Below are positions 20,011-29,328 of a DNA stretch of 64,000 nt, in pieces. Location of the stretch: the NCBI GenBank assembly GCA_001897525.1, contig MKTB01000024.1, positions 1,480 to 65,479 on the forward strand, written 5' to 3'. Positions within the stretch are counted from its first letter, which is position 1, and each line of letters opens with the position of its first letter. The notes under the pieces are model-generated. The model saw nothing but the letters and a program-made list of their open reading frames with translations. It was not told where the DNA came from and made no database searches. The translations under genes and the position numbers were made by a program. The DNA is from Bacteroidetes bacterium 43-16. GTDB taxonomy: Bacteria; Bacteroidota; Bacteroidia; Chitinophagales; Chitinophagaceae.

Positions 20011-22326
20011 ATGAATAAATACTATATCCATTTTTTATTGTGGCTATCAGCTATTGCCTGCATCATACTTGTATTCCCCAATCTGTCTCTGCATCCTAAT
20101 TCCAGTCTAATCAGTGTATGGAATGATGGCATTAAAAACTATTTTACTACTTTATTCTATATAGATTACAATGAGGGCAATCATTTTTCCGGCATGAATT
20201 ACCCTTTTGGGGAGCATATTGTGTTTACAGACAATATGCCCGCTTTTGCCCGCCCCATACAATGGCTGGGACAATATGTTCCATGGGTCAAACAACATAG
20301 TCTCGGTGCGATGAATCTCACCCTCCTGTTCTCCATTGTTTTAGCAGCCCATTTTGTTTTTAAAACACTCAGACATTATAAAGTACCTGGTCTTTTTGCG
20401 ATTATATCCGCCCTATTCATTGTTTTTTGTGCGCCTCAACTCAACCGCATTACGGCACATTATGGTATGTCCATCCTATGGTATCTGCCGGCCATTATTT
20501 ACTTTATCATCCGGTATTTTGAAGGACAACAGTGGAGATACCTCCTCTACATAAGCCTGGTCTCTACCATTGCTGCCCTGTTTCATTTATATAACCTGGC
20601 CATTATCTTAGTGTTCATCGGTTTTGTGACTGCCTCAAATATGCTGTTGCACAGGTTCAGCAAAAAGAGTATCCGGCAATCTATATGGATGCTCTTTTTC
20701 GAATTGATCAGTGTAGGGCTATCTTATAGCTATGTCTTGTCTACCGATACCGTAAAGGACCGGCCTACTTATCCTTATGAAGCATTGGGCAATGAGGCTA
20801 CACTCAATGATATCTTTGTCAATGATACCCCATTAGGGCATATTTTCCAGTTCCTGTTCGGAACAGCAACTCCGGTCATTTCTACAGAAGGCAAATCATA
20901 TATCGGGCTGGTGTCTATCCTTGTGTTCATTTGCCTTACGGTCTTATTTATCAAACGTATTATCCGCTATAAAAGCAAGGCAGTGTCACCCTACGCAATA
21001 GATAAGCCTTTTAAAATACTATTGCTAGCGGCACTTTTCCAGCTATTATTCAGTATGGCGATCCCCTTTATTGTAGACAGGGATTTCTTTATTGATCATA
21101 TTTCCGTATTCCGGCAATTCAGAGCTCTCGGAAGATTCATCTGGCCCTTCTACTTTGTAATCATGATGTTCTGTACCCTCTTTATTGCTGATATATATAA
21201 AAAACTACGTGCAAAGAAAAAGAACATACTGGCGACAGGATTATTAACCACAACCATGCTGATATGGCTCATACAAGCTTACGGATATGTACAGGCATTT
21301 AAACTATATGATAAAGAGGCAAAAGAAAATTACACGGTGCTTTACAGCAAAGCGGAAAAAAGCTGGCCTGAATGGTTAAAGGAAAAAGGATACGAAGTAT
21401 CTGACTTCCAGGCCGTACTCGGTTTACCTTTCTTCCATTATAATTCGGACAAGATCTGGATAGACCTGGGCAATGTAGGACGGAATGAGTATGAGCTCTG
21501 TAAGCTTTCGCTGCAAACCGGTATCCCCATGATCAATACGCTACTGGCAAGAACCTCCTGGGGGCAGACCTTTGCCAATATCCAATTATTAGACGGACCT
21601 TTTAACCCAAAAGAGGTGCTGGATAAATTTGATGACAGGCCTGTTTTGCTGTATGTTGAAAAAATCGATAAACTTAATCCGGATAAGGAAAAAGAATGGA
21701 TGGATAAGGCCAGATTCTTAGGCTCATGGAGCGATGAAATAGATATGTACCTCATCAACCCAAAACAACTGCAGGCAGCCAACCAGAGACTAAGAGATAC
21801 TATAAGACAGATTGCTGAAGCGAGTCCGGAGCAAAGTGGTTTAGCAGGCATTCACAAACAGCAATTTTATTATGCCAATAACTTCAAACAAAACAATACC
21901 CAGCCAGGTTTTGCTGATCCGGGAATGCTACTGGCAACCGACGAAGCATCGATGATTGTAGACCGTATTGAGCTTCCAGCCGATAGATCGGATTCCATAT
22001 ATACGATTTCTATTTGGGCAAAATGCAACATGAAAGACTTCAGAACGCCCTATTTTGAGATTTATCAATTTGACAGTACCGGAAAACAGATCGGGATGGT
22101 TGATTTTCATACAAAAGCGACCACGAATGTCATTCAAGACTGGTTTAAAGCAGAAACCAATTTCAAAATTGAGGCTCCGGCAAAATATATGATCATCAAA
22201 GCCTTTAGAGGATGGAATAAACCCGTATATACGGGTTTAGATAACCTATTGCTCCAGCCTAGCCAAAGTATCCATTTTTATAAATCACCTTTACGCGGAC
22301 TTTTATTGAATAACCGACCGCAATAA
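20011..22326 (+). CDS. Polytopic membrane protein, GT-C-like, paralog 2
   Basis: NDGIKNY..GMNYPFGEHIVFTDNMP; FRQFRALGRFIWPFY; RTSWGQTF; ends LLNNRPQ. Confidence 0.65.
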   Translation: MNKYYIHFLLWLSAIACIILVFPNLSLHPNSSLISVWNDGIKNYFTTLFYIDYNEGNHFSGMNYPFGEHIVFTDNMPAFARPIQWLGQYVPWVKQHSLGAMNLTLLFSIVLAAHFVFKTLRHYKVPGLFAIISALFIVFCAPQLNRITAHYGMSILWYLPAIIYFIIRYFEGQQWRYLLYISLVSTIAALFHLYNLAIILVFIGFVTASNMLLHRFSKKSIRQSIWMLFFELISVGLSYSYVLSTDTVKDRPTYPYEALGNEATLNDIFVNDTPLGHIFQFLFGTATPVISTEGKSYIGLVSILVFICLTVLFIKRIIRYKSKAVSPYAIDKPFKILLLAALFQLLFSMAIPFIVDRDFFIDHISVFRQFRALGRFIWPFYFVIMMFCTLFIADIYKKLRAKKKNILATGLLTTTMLIWLIQAYGYVQAFKLYDKEAKENYTVLYSKAEKSWPEWLKEKGYEVSDFQAVLGLPFFHYNSDKIWIDLGNVGRNEYELCKLSLQTGIPMINTLLARTSWGQTFANIQLLDGPFNPKEVLDKFDDRPVLLYVEKIDKLNPDKEKEWMDKARFLGSWSDEIDMYLINPKQLQAANQRLRDTIRQIAEASPEQSGLAGIHKQQFYYANNFKQNNTQPGFADPGMLLATDEASMIVDRIELPADRSDSIYTISIWAKCNMKDFRTPYFEIYQFDSTGKQIGMVDFHTKATTNVIQDWFKAETNFKIEAPAKYMIIKAFRGWNKPVYTGLDNLLLQPSQSIHFYKSPLRGLLLNNRPQ

Positions 22327-22353
22327 CAACCCTAATGCATCGGCCAATCGTCT

Positions 22354-22384
22354 TTTGTAGAGTTAGGCGATTTGTTTAGTTTTG
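22354..22384 (+). promoter_or_regulatory. Internal sigma-A promoter upstream of the GT2 gene
   Basis: TTTG (22354-22357), 19-nt spacer, TAGTTTTG (22377-22384). Confidence 0.6.
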
Positions 22385-22410
22385 TGCCTTACTATTTTTC
22401 AAACATTAAT

Positions 22411-23124
22411 ATGAGTAAACTGTCTATTGTACTTCCCTGCTTCAATCCTCCAGATGACTGGGAAGTTCATGTCAGTAAATCATATGCTCATATTGCAGCG
22501 CATTTAGGTACAACTCCTGAATTGATTATTGTAAACGATGGCAGCAGCAAAGATATAGAGGCAGATATCCGCATCTTGAAAACAAAGATCCCTCAACTGA
22601 TCTATACAAGCCTGTCCCGGAACAAAGGTAAAGGTGCCGCTTTGCGTAAAGGAGTATCCCTGGCCAGCGGGGCATTGATCATCTATACCGATATTGATTT
22701 CCCCTACACAGAAGAGAGTTTTTTAAACATATTTAATGCCCTGGATGCCGAAGAATATGATGTAGCCATCGGTATTAAAGATGCTACCTACTACGGGCAT
22801 TTACCCAAATACCGGACCTTCATTTCAAAAGCATTGAGGAAAGGGATCGGGTTCTTTTTCAATATGCCAGTGACCGATACCCAATGCGGCCTTAAGGGAT
22901 TTAATCAAAAAGGTAAAGCTATTTTCCTGGACACAACCATAGACCGCTATCTTTTTGACTTGGAATTTGTCTACCAATCCTTCCGCAAGCACCGTAACTT
23001 AAAAGTCAAAGCAGTAGAAGTAAGCTTAAGGCCCAATGTCATCTTCAGGGCCATGAACCTGAAAGTACTGGCGAGTGAAAGCTCCAACTTTTTAAAAATT
23101 CTGCTGAAGCGGAATAAAAAATAA
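22411..23124 (+). CDS. GT2 glycosyltransferase, polyprenyl/dolichyl-phosphate sugar synthase-like
   Basis: SIVLPCFN, IIVNDGS, NKGKGAALRKG, YTDID (DxD), DTQCGLKGF, RYLFDLE; ATG 22411 preferred. Confidence 0.88.
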   Translation: MSKLSIVLPCFNPPDDWEVHVSKSYAHIAAHLGTTPELIIVNDGSSKDIEADIRILKTKIPQLIYTSLSRNKGKGAALRKGVSLASGALIIYTDIDFPYTEESFLNIFNALDAEEYDVAIGIKDATYYGHLPKYRTFISKALRKGIGFFFNMPVTDTQCGLKGFNQKGKAIFLDTTIDRYLFDLEFVYQSFRKHRNLKVKAVEVSLRPNVIFRAMNLKVLASESSNFLKILLKRNKK

Positions 23125-23199
23125 CCTTTATTAATATATTTGACCGATCAGTATAAACAGTTCTGTCAAGGCTTAGCAATTGCTCAATTCAATAAAAAA

Positions 23200-25545
23200 A
23201 TGAACAGACTTATCGGCCCTTCCATACTCTGGCTTTGCGCTATCCTCATCACCCTATTCTGTTTCTCAGAAGTTATATTCCACCCCAATACCACTATCCT
23301 GGGAGCAGGAGGCGACGGGCTGAAAAACTATTACACCTATTTATATTACATCGATAAAGATAGCGGCACTCATTTCAGTGGCATGAATTATCCTTATGGG
23401 GAGCATATGGTCTTTACCGATAATATGCCTTTATTGGCCGGCACTATAGCCTGGCTCAAGAACTGGTTTCCCAATGTGGGCAATTACAGCTTGGCCATCA
23501 TGCATTTATTATTACTGTCTTCCATCAGTTTCGGTGCCTGGTACATCTACAAGATCATCAGGAAATACAATACCAGCCAGGCATGGGCCGTTATCGCTGC
23601 CCTCTTTATTACCTTTTTCTCCCCCCAGATCTTTAAAATTTACGGGCATTATGGTATGGGCTTTTGCTTCTACATACCCTTCGTCATCTACCAGATCATC
23701 TGCTTTAAAGAAAGAAAAAGCTTTAAATTTCCCCTGGCGATTTTCATATGCGCGCTTCTGCTGGCCTTTATCCACCTCTATAATTTAGCCCTGATTGCTA
23801 TATTAGTAGCCTGCTACTGTATTGCCTACCTGCTCACCGAAAAAGGACAATCCCTGAAACAGAAGTTTTGGGCAACCGTTCCCCTCCTTTTTTCCGTGGG
23901 CCTGAGCTTTGTTTTAGTTAAACTATACCTTAAATTCACAGATACCATAAGCGATCGCCCCGAATACCCACATGGTATATTAGGCTACGAAACGCAAGGC
24001 AAAGACCTCTTTGTCACCGACACCCCTCTAGGACATATATTCCAGTTCCTTTTTGGCAAGCCCGACGGCATCTCTGAAAGCGAAGGCAAAGCCTACCTTG
24101 GCGTAGTCACGCTGGCCATCTGTTTCATCCTGGTGTTCAAATTCATCCGCTCATTGTTCAAAAAACACAAAGCAACACGGGGAAGCATACAACCCATACA
24201 AGGCTATAATATATGGTTACTCGTCGGCCTGCTGCACCTCCTGTTTGCTATGGGCGTTCCCGCTATCTGGATGCGCAACTGGATCGCAGATTACATCTCC
24301 GTCTTCCGCCAATTCAGGACCCTCGGCAGGTTCATATGGCCCTTCTACTATATCATTATGATATACGCTTCCCTCTATGTCTACCATTACGCACAATTAT
24401 TAAAAAATAAGCATAAATCAAGACTTAGCTACGGACTACTGAGCCTGGTGGTGATCTTGTGGGCCATACAGCTAAGCGGCTATATAAAGCACAACAGGGA
24501 AGTATCTAAACAAACTCCCGGCAACTATGCCCAAATTTTTGAGACAGCCGATAACAACTGGATTACCTGGCTCAAGCAGAAAGGCTATACCCCGGGTGAT
24601 TTCCAGGCCGTCATCGGCCTGCCTTTTTACCATATAGGTTCAGAAAAAATATGGCTGATGGACGTAGACGAAGCTTCTACCTCCTACGAATTGTTTAAGA
24701 TTTCGCTGCACACCAAACTCCCCCTGATTGATGTGATGATGTCCCGCACCTCCTGGGCCCAGACCTTTGAAATGATCCGGATCATTGATGGTCCTTATAC
24801 ACAAAAAAAATACTTTGACAAGCTCAATGATCAACCAATCCTGGTTTTATGGAACGAGTCCACCGCATTAAAAGCAAAAGAACAGGAGTGGCTTAAAAAT
24901 GCAACATTCATTGGTAAAAAGCCGGAGAACAACCTTTCTGTATACTCACTCCGGGTAAAAGATATACAACAGAGCGATCGCCTGGCCCGGCAGACCGCAT
25001 TATCTGCAGCAACCAATGCACTTCCTTTAAAAGAAGGTCTATTAATGGACAGCAGCGGCCGCTTTACCTATGTGAACCATTTTGATCACACCGGTTTTGA
25101 CCAAAGCTTTATAGGCGCAGGTAGTTTTGCACCCGTTTACGGAGGAGCACATCCGCCTTTAGACACCATTGTAATACCTGCAGGCAGGAAAGACAGTCTT
25201 TACAACCTCTCTTTATGGGTAAAATGCAATATGACGGACTACAGGAGCCCCTATTTTGAAATCGTTCAACTGGATGAAAACAATGAGCAGATCGCCTTTA
25301 CCGATGTCAGTACCAAATACAGTACCCATGTACTGGATGACTGGTTCCTCACAGATAAAGACTTAAAAATAGAAACCCGGACAAGAAAGATAGCCATAAG
25401 GATCAATCCTAATCGCTCCAAAAAAGAATACTACGCCATTGACGAAATCCTGTTAAGGCCACAGGAGGCTACCTATTTCTACTGGTCCGATAAATTTAAA
25501 GGAAAAGAAAATGTACTTTTCCTGAATAACAGGCCCCAATTTTAA
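23200..25545 (+). CDS. Polytopic membrane protein, GT-C-like, paralog 3
   Basis: GDGLKNY..GMNYPYGEHMVFTDNMP; FRQFRTLGRFIWPFY; ends FLNNRPQF. The track's TTG at 23140 lies inside a TATATTTG promoter element, so ATG 23200 is preferred. Confidence 0.65.
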   Translation: MNRLIGPSILWLCAILITLFCFSEVIFHPNTTILGAGGDGLKNYYTYLYYIDKDSGTHFSGMNYPYGEHMVFTDNMPLLAGTIAWLKNWFPNVGNYSLAIMHLLLLSSISFGAWYIYKIIRKYNTSQAWAVIAALFITFFSPQIFKIYGHYGMGFCFYIPFVIYQIICFKERKSFKFPLAIFICALLLAFIHLYNLALIAILVACYCIAYLLTEKGQSLKQKFWATVPLLFSVGLSFVLVKLYLKFTDTISDRPEYPHGILGYETQGKDLFVTDTPLGHIFQFLFGKPDGISESEGKAYLGVVTLAICFILVFKFIRSLFKKHKATRGSIQPIQGYNIWLLVGLLHLLFAMGVPAIWMRNWIADYISVFRQFRTLGRFIWPFYYIIMIYASLYVYHYAQLLKNKHKSRLSYGLLSLVVILWAIQLSGYIKHNREVSKQTPGNYAQIFETADNNWITWLKQKGYTPGDFQAVIGLPFYHIGSEKIWLMDVDEASTSYELFKISLHTKLPLIDVMMSRTSWAQTFEMIRIIDGPYTQKKYFDKLNDQPILVLWNESTALKAKEQEWLKNATFIGKKPENNLSVYSLRVKDIQQSDRLARQTALSAATNALPLKEGLLMDSSGRFTYVNHFDHTGFDQSFIGAGSFAPVYGGAHPPLDTIVIPAGRKDSLYNLSLWVKCNMTDYRSPYFEIVQLDENNEQIAFTDVSTKYSTHVLDDWFLTDKDLKIETRTRKIAIRINPNRSKKEYYAIDEILLRPQEATYFYWSDKFKGKENVLFLNNRPQF

Positions 25546-25560
25546 TATTTTTGCGATACT

Positions 25561-26226
25561 ATGTATTCACTGGCAGAAGAAAATTACCTTAAGGCGCTCT
25601 ACCTACTTTCCGGGAAAGTAGGCGCTGTAAATGTAAATGATTTGAGTAAGCAGCTTAATATTAAGATGCCGACCGTGAACAGTATGATGAAAAAGCTGTT
25701 TGAAAAAGGACTTGTAGTCTATGAAAGCTACAAACCCATCAAGCTTACCACTGAAGGAAAAAAACAGGCCGCACTGATCATCCGGAAACACCGCCTCACC
25801 GAAATGTTCCTGGTGGAAAAAATGGGCTTCGGCTGGGAAGAAGTGCATCCTATAGCCGAGCAGATCGAGCACATTAATGCCCCTGCATTCTTTGACCGTA
25901 TGGATGCCCTGCTGGGATTTCCCAAAACAGACCCTCATGGCTCCCCTATTCCCAATAAAAACGGCGAGATCGAATGGATCGCCTATGTCAACCTGAGCAA
26001 TTGCATCCCGGGAGAGAAAGTGATCCTGTCTGCAGTGACCAATTCTTCAGATGATTTTTTAAAATTCCTGAATTCAAAAGACATTAAACTCGGCGATATC
26101 ATCCGGATCTTAGACATTGAACCCTTTGATGGCAGTATGCAATTATCCGTTTCCAACAGGAACCCCGAGACCTTCAGCAAGTTAGTTTGTGAAAAATTAC
26201 TGGTCGCTCCGGCCAATAATGCTTAG
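25561..26226 (+). CDS. mntR: DtxR/MntR family metal-dependent repressor with C-terminal FeoA domain
   Basis: EENYLKALY, RKHRLTEMFL, EEVHPIAEQIEH, DPHGSPIP. Confidence 0.92.
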   Translation: MYSLAEENYLKALYLLSGKVGAVNVNDLSKQLNIKMPTVNSMMKKLFEKGLVVYESYKPIKLTTEGKKQAALIIRKHRLTEMFLVEKMGFGWEEVHPIAEQIEHINAPAFFDRMDALLGFPKTDPHGSPIPNKNGEIEWIAYVNLSNCIPGEKVILSAVTNSSDDFLKFLNSKDIKLGDIIRILDIEPFDGSMQLSVSNRNPETFSKLVCEKLLVAPANNA

Positions 26227-26303
26227 ATAATTTCTTATCATAGGGCAAATTAGTGTCTCTTTTCGGTTAAATATTAAAAAAAACCGGTGAATGTTAAAAA
26301 AAT

Positions 26304-26336
26304 ATTTGGTTGACATATCAACCAAATCTAATTTTG
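26304..26336 (+). promoter_or_regulatory. Promoter with overlapping palindromic operator (probable MarR site)
   Basis: ATTTGGTTGA-CATA-TCAACCAAAT (26304-26327) covers TTTG (26305-26308) and the 20-nt spacer before TAATTTTG (26329-26336). Confidence 0.8.
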
Positions 26337-26351
26337 CTGCAAACACACAAA

Positions 26352-26819
26352 ATGGAAGAGTTACATGACCCTCACGATACCAGGCTAATGGGATCATTTC
26401 TTGGGCAGGTGCGCAAAATATTTGCCCTGTACCACAAGATGGGCTCTAAACTACTTTCAGAAAAGGGAGTCAATATCCACATCGACCAGCTTCCCGTTAT
26501 CATGACCGCCTTTTACCGGCCCGGTATTTCACAACAGGAAATAGCCAATAGCATTTGTCGCGACAAATCTTCTGTAAACCGGACCGTAAAATACCTGGAA
26601 GCCGCAGGCTACTTAAAAGTATCCTTAAATCTAAAAGACAAAAGACAAAATACCCTACGGGTAACAGCAAAAGGTAAAAAAGAAGTAGAAAAAATTGAGA
26701 TCGCAAGACTGGAAATGGAACAGCTGTTAAAAGAGGCCTGCACCACGGTCAGCTATGAAGCACTAACAGAAACAGTACGCACCATCTCAGATAATCTGGA
26801 AAAAAATTTCAAACTATAA
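26352..26819 (+). CDS. MarR family transcriptional regulator
   Basis: ISQQEIANSICRDKSSVNRTVKYLEAAGYL...DKRQNTLRVTAKG winged HTH; ATG 26352. Confidence 0.92.
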   Translation: MEELHDPHDTRLMGSFLGQVRKIFALYHKMGSKLLSEKGVNIHIDQLPVIMTAFYRPGISQQEIANSICRDKSSVNRTVKYLEAAGYLKVSLNLKDKRQNTLRVTAKGKKEVEKIEIARLEMEQLLKEACTTVSYEALTETVRTISDNLEKNFKL

Positions 26820-26837
26820 ACAATTCAATTATACAAC

Positions 26838-28175
26838 ATGAAACCTGTAATCAGTATCTTACTACTTACTGCACTCGCTGTTACCGGGCGGGCACAGGAG
26901 CAATTCTCGCTTAAAGAGAGCATTGCCTATGGCTTGCAACACAACCGTACCGTAAGTATATATAAGAACAACAGGCTCCAGGCAGTACAAAAGGCACGCC
27001 AGGCAGCTTCCACCTATTTACCCAATGTCAACATCAGTGCAGGGCTTGATGACAACCTGAAACTTCCGGTCACCATCATTCCGGCAGGGACCTTTGGCCC
27101 CGGTACGCCGGAGCAAAGAGTGAGCTTCGGGACAAAGTTCAATTCAACCCATGTTGCACAACTCGATCAGCCTATCTTTGACAAAGCCGCCCTTACCGGT
27201 TTAAAAGCCAGGCAACCCAATATCGACTACGCGACATTAACAGAAACGCAGAATAATGAAAACCTGGTGTACAACATTGCTGTTGCCTATTTCAGGATCA
27301 TAGTAGCACAAAAACAACTCGATCTCTTACTGGACAACAAAACGCGCATGGAAAAGAACCTGGGCATAGCACAGCTCAGGGCACAGCAAGGCGTTGCCAA
27401 AAAGATCGACATCAAGCAGGTGCAGGTTAATATCAACAATATCGAGTCCCAGCTTTCCGTCACCCGCAACAGTCTTGAACTGGCGATCAACACCCTCAAA
27501 TTCAATATGGGCCTTGCTATAGATGAAAACATCCAGCTGAACGATACGGCAAGGTGGCTCAGTCCGGAAGACAAGGCCAAAAAAACAGACTTCTCTTTTG
27601 ATTACAAAAGAACGACCGACTATGCCCTGGACCAGACCCAGATCACCCTCCTGGACATTAACCGCAAAAACATCAGGGACAGCAGATACCCTACCCTGGG
27701 ACTCTATGCCCGGTATGGTGCTAACGGCTTTGGCAATAAACTCGGAGATGCTTACGAGCGCCTTTTCGATTTCGGTACCGTGGGCCTGAAATTCCAATGG
27801 AACATTTTTGCCGGCTTCCGTAAAGATGCCAATTACAAAATCGCCAACTATGATTTTGAAAATGCAAAAACCAATCTTTTACTGAAAGAAGACCAGCAAA
27901 GACTGACCTTCCAGAATGCAGGACTATCCTATTTCAGGGCAGAGAACACCATCACCAATAACAAAGAAAACATGGACCTGGCCAAAGAAGTCTATGATAA
28001 TGTAAGCCTCCAGAACAGGGAAGGCTTAGCTTCTCTCACCGACCTCCTTAATGCCGAAAACTCTTACCAGCAAGCCCAGAGCAACTATGTACAATCATTA
28101 CTGGATTATTACATCGCAGAGATTGAATTACGCAGGGCAAACGGCACCTTAATTGAATTCTACAACAACCTTTAA
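26838..28175 (+). CDS. TolC family outer membrane efflux protein
   Basis: Signal peptide; YLPNVNISA and YPTLGL repeats; helical C-terminus GLASLTDLLNAEN; position within the efflux operon. Confidence 0.93.
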   Translation: MKPVISILLLTALAVTGRAQEQFSLKESIAYGLQHNRTVSIYKNNRLQAVQKARQAASTYLPNVNISAGLDDNLKLPVTIIPAGTFGPGTPEQRVSFGTKFNSTHVAQLDQPIFDKAALTGLKARQPNIDYATLTETQNNENLVYNIAVAYFRIIVAQKQLDLLLDNKTRMEKNLGIAQLRAQQGVAKKIDIKQVQVNINNIESQLSVTRNSLELAINTLKFNMGLAIDENIQLNDTARWLSPEDKAKKTDFSFDYKRTTDYALDQTQITLLDINRKNIRDSRYPTLGLYARYGANGFGNKLGDAYERLFDFGTVGLKFQWNIFAGFRKDANYKIANYDFENAKTNLLLKEDQQRLTFQNAGLSYFRAENTITNNKENMDLAKEVYDNVSLQNREGLASLTDLLNAENSYQQAQSNYVQSLLDYYIAEIELRRANGTLIEFYNNL

Positions 28176-28214
28176 ACAAAAAAACATTCCACACTTTCCA
28201 CACACAACAATCAT

Positions 28215-29285
28215 ATGAACAAGAAATCCATCATTCCGATCATAGTAGTATTAGTACTCGCGGGACTTATTGGCTGGAGACTGGCTTCAAACAAGAAAAA
28301 GATAGACGATAAAAACAAGCCCGCAGTAGTTAAAGATATAGCTATCCCCGTCACCACCGCCACCGTGAAACGTGAAATGGTCAACAGCGAACTGACCAAA
28401 ACAGGAACCCTGACCCCGAATAAAGAAGCAGACATCACTGCAGCCACTGCAGGAAAATTGCTTTCGATTAATTTCAACCTGGGCAGCTATGTAGGCCAGG
28501 GCGGTACCGTAGCAACGGTCGACAGCCGCCAGCAAAGCCTCAACCTGCAACAGGCTAAAGTGACCAAAGCCAAATACGACAAAGACTTTGAGCGCTATAA
28601 AACCCTTTACGAAGGAGAAGCCGCTACGGAGATGAATTTCCAGGATGCCAAACTGCAAAGAGACAATGCATCCAACCAGATCGAACTGCTCAACAAGCAG
28701 ATCGCAGATGCCAGCGTTAAAGCACCGATCAGCGGCCAGGTAGTAAGCAAACTGAAAGAACCCGGAGAATACGTAAGTCCCGGTACCGCACTCGGCCACA
28801 TTGTAGACATTTCCGTCTTAAAAGCCAATGTAATGGTCAACGAAAAAGATGCTTACAATTTAAAAGTAGGAGATAAAGTAACCATAATGACCGATATCTA
28901 CCCTGGCGTAGCCCTTTCCGGCAGCATATCATTCATCAGCAACCAGGGAGATGCCACACACAGCTACCCGGTAGAGATCACTTTATCCAACAGCAAATCC
29001 TATCCGTTAAAAGCCGGAACTACCGTAACCGTAAACTTCAACAAAAAAGGCGGTGGCATGATGATGCTCATCCCGAGAACAGCACTGACACAAGGTATGA
29101 AAGCCCCTAAAGTATTCGTGGTTGAAAACGGTATTGCCCGTCTTAAAGACATTGTTATAGGCATGGAAATGGGTAACAGTGTAGAAGTGGTAAGTGGCAT
29201 AGAAGAAGGTGCACAAGTCATTACCAGTGGCCAGCTTAACATTAAAGACGGTTCAAAAATCAACCTGGTAAACATACAAAACTAA
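28215..29285 (+). CDS. RND efflux periplasmic adaptor subunit
   Basis: N-terminal TM anchor, VKAPISGQV lipoyl motif, LKAGTTV, GIEEGAQVITSGQ. Confidence 0.93.
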   Translation: MNKKSIIPIIVVLVLAGLIGWRLASNKKKIDDKNKPAVVKDIAIPVTTATVKREMVNSELTKTGTLTPNKEADITAATAGKLLSINFNLGSYVGQGGTVATVDSRQQSLNLQQAKVTKAKYDKDFERYKTLYEGEAATEMNFQDAKLQRDNASNQIELLNKQIADASVKAPISGQVVSKLKEPGEYVSPGTALGHIVDISVLKANVMVNEKDAYNLKVGDKVTIMTDIYPGVALSGSISFISNQGDATHSYPVEITLSNSKSYPLKAGTTVTVNFNKKGGGMMMLIPRTALTQGMKAPKVFVVENGIARLKDIVIGMEMGNSVEVVSGIEEGAQVITSGQLNIKDGSKINLVNIQN

Positions 29286-29328
29286 ACGTATTGTAAACAT
29301 ACACGACGCTATTAAAAGCATTTAATTC

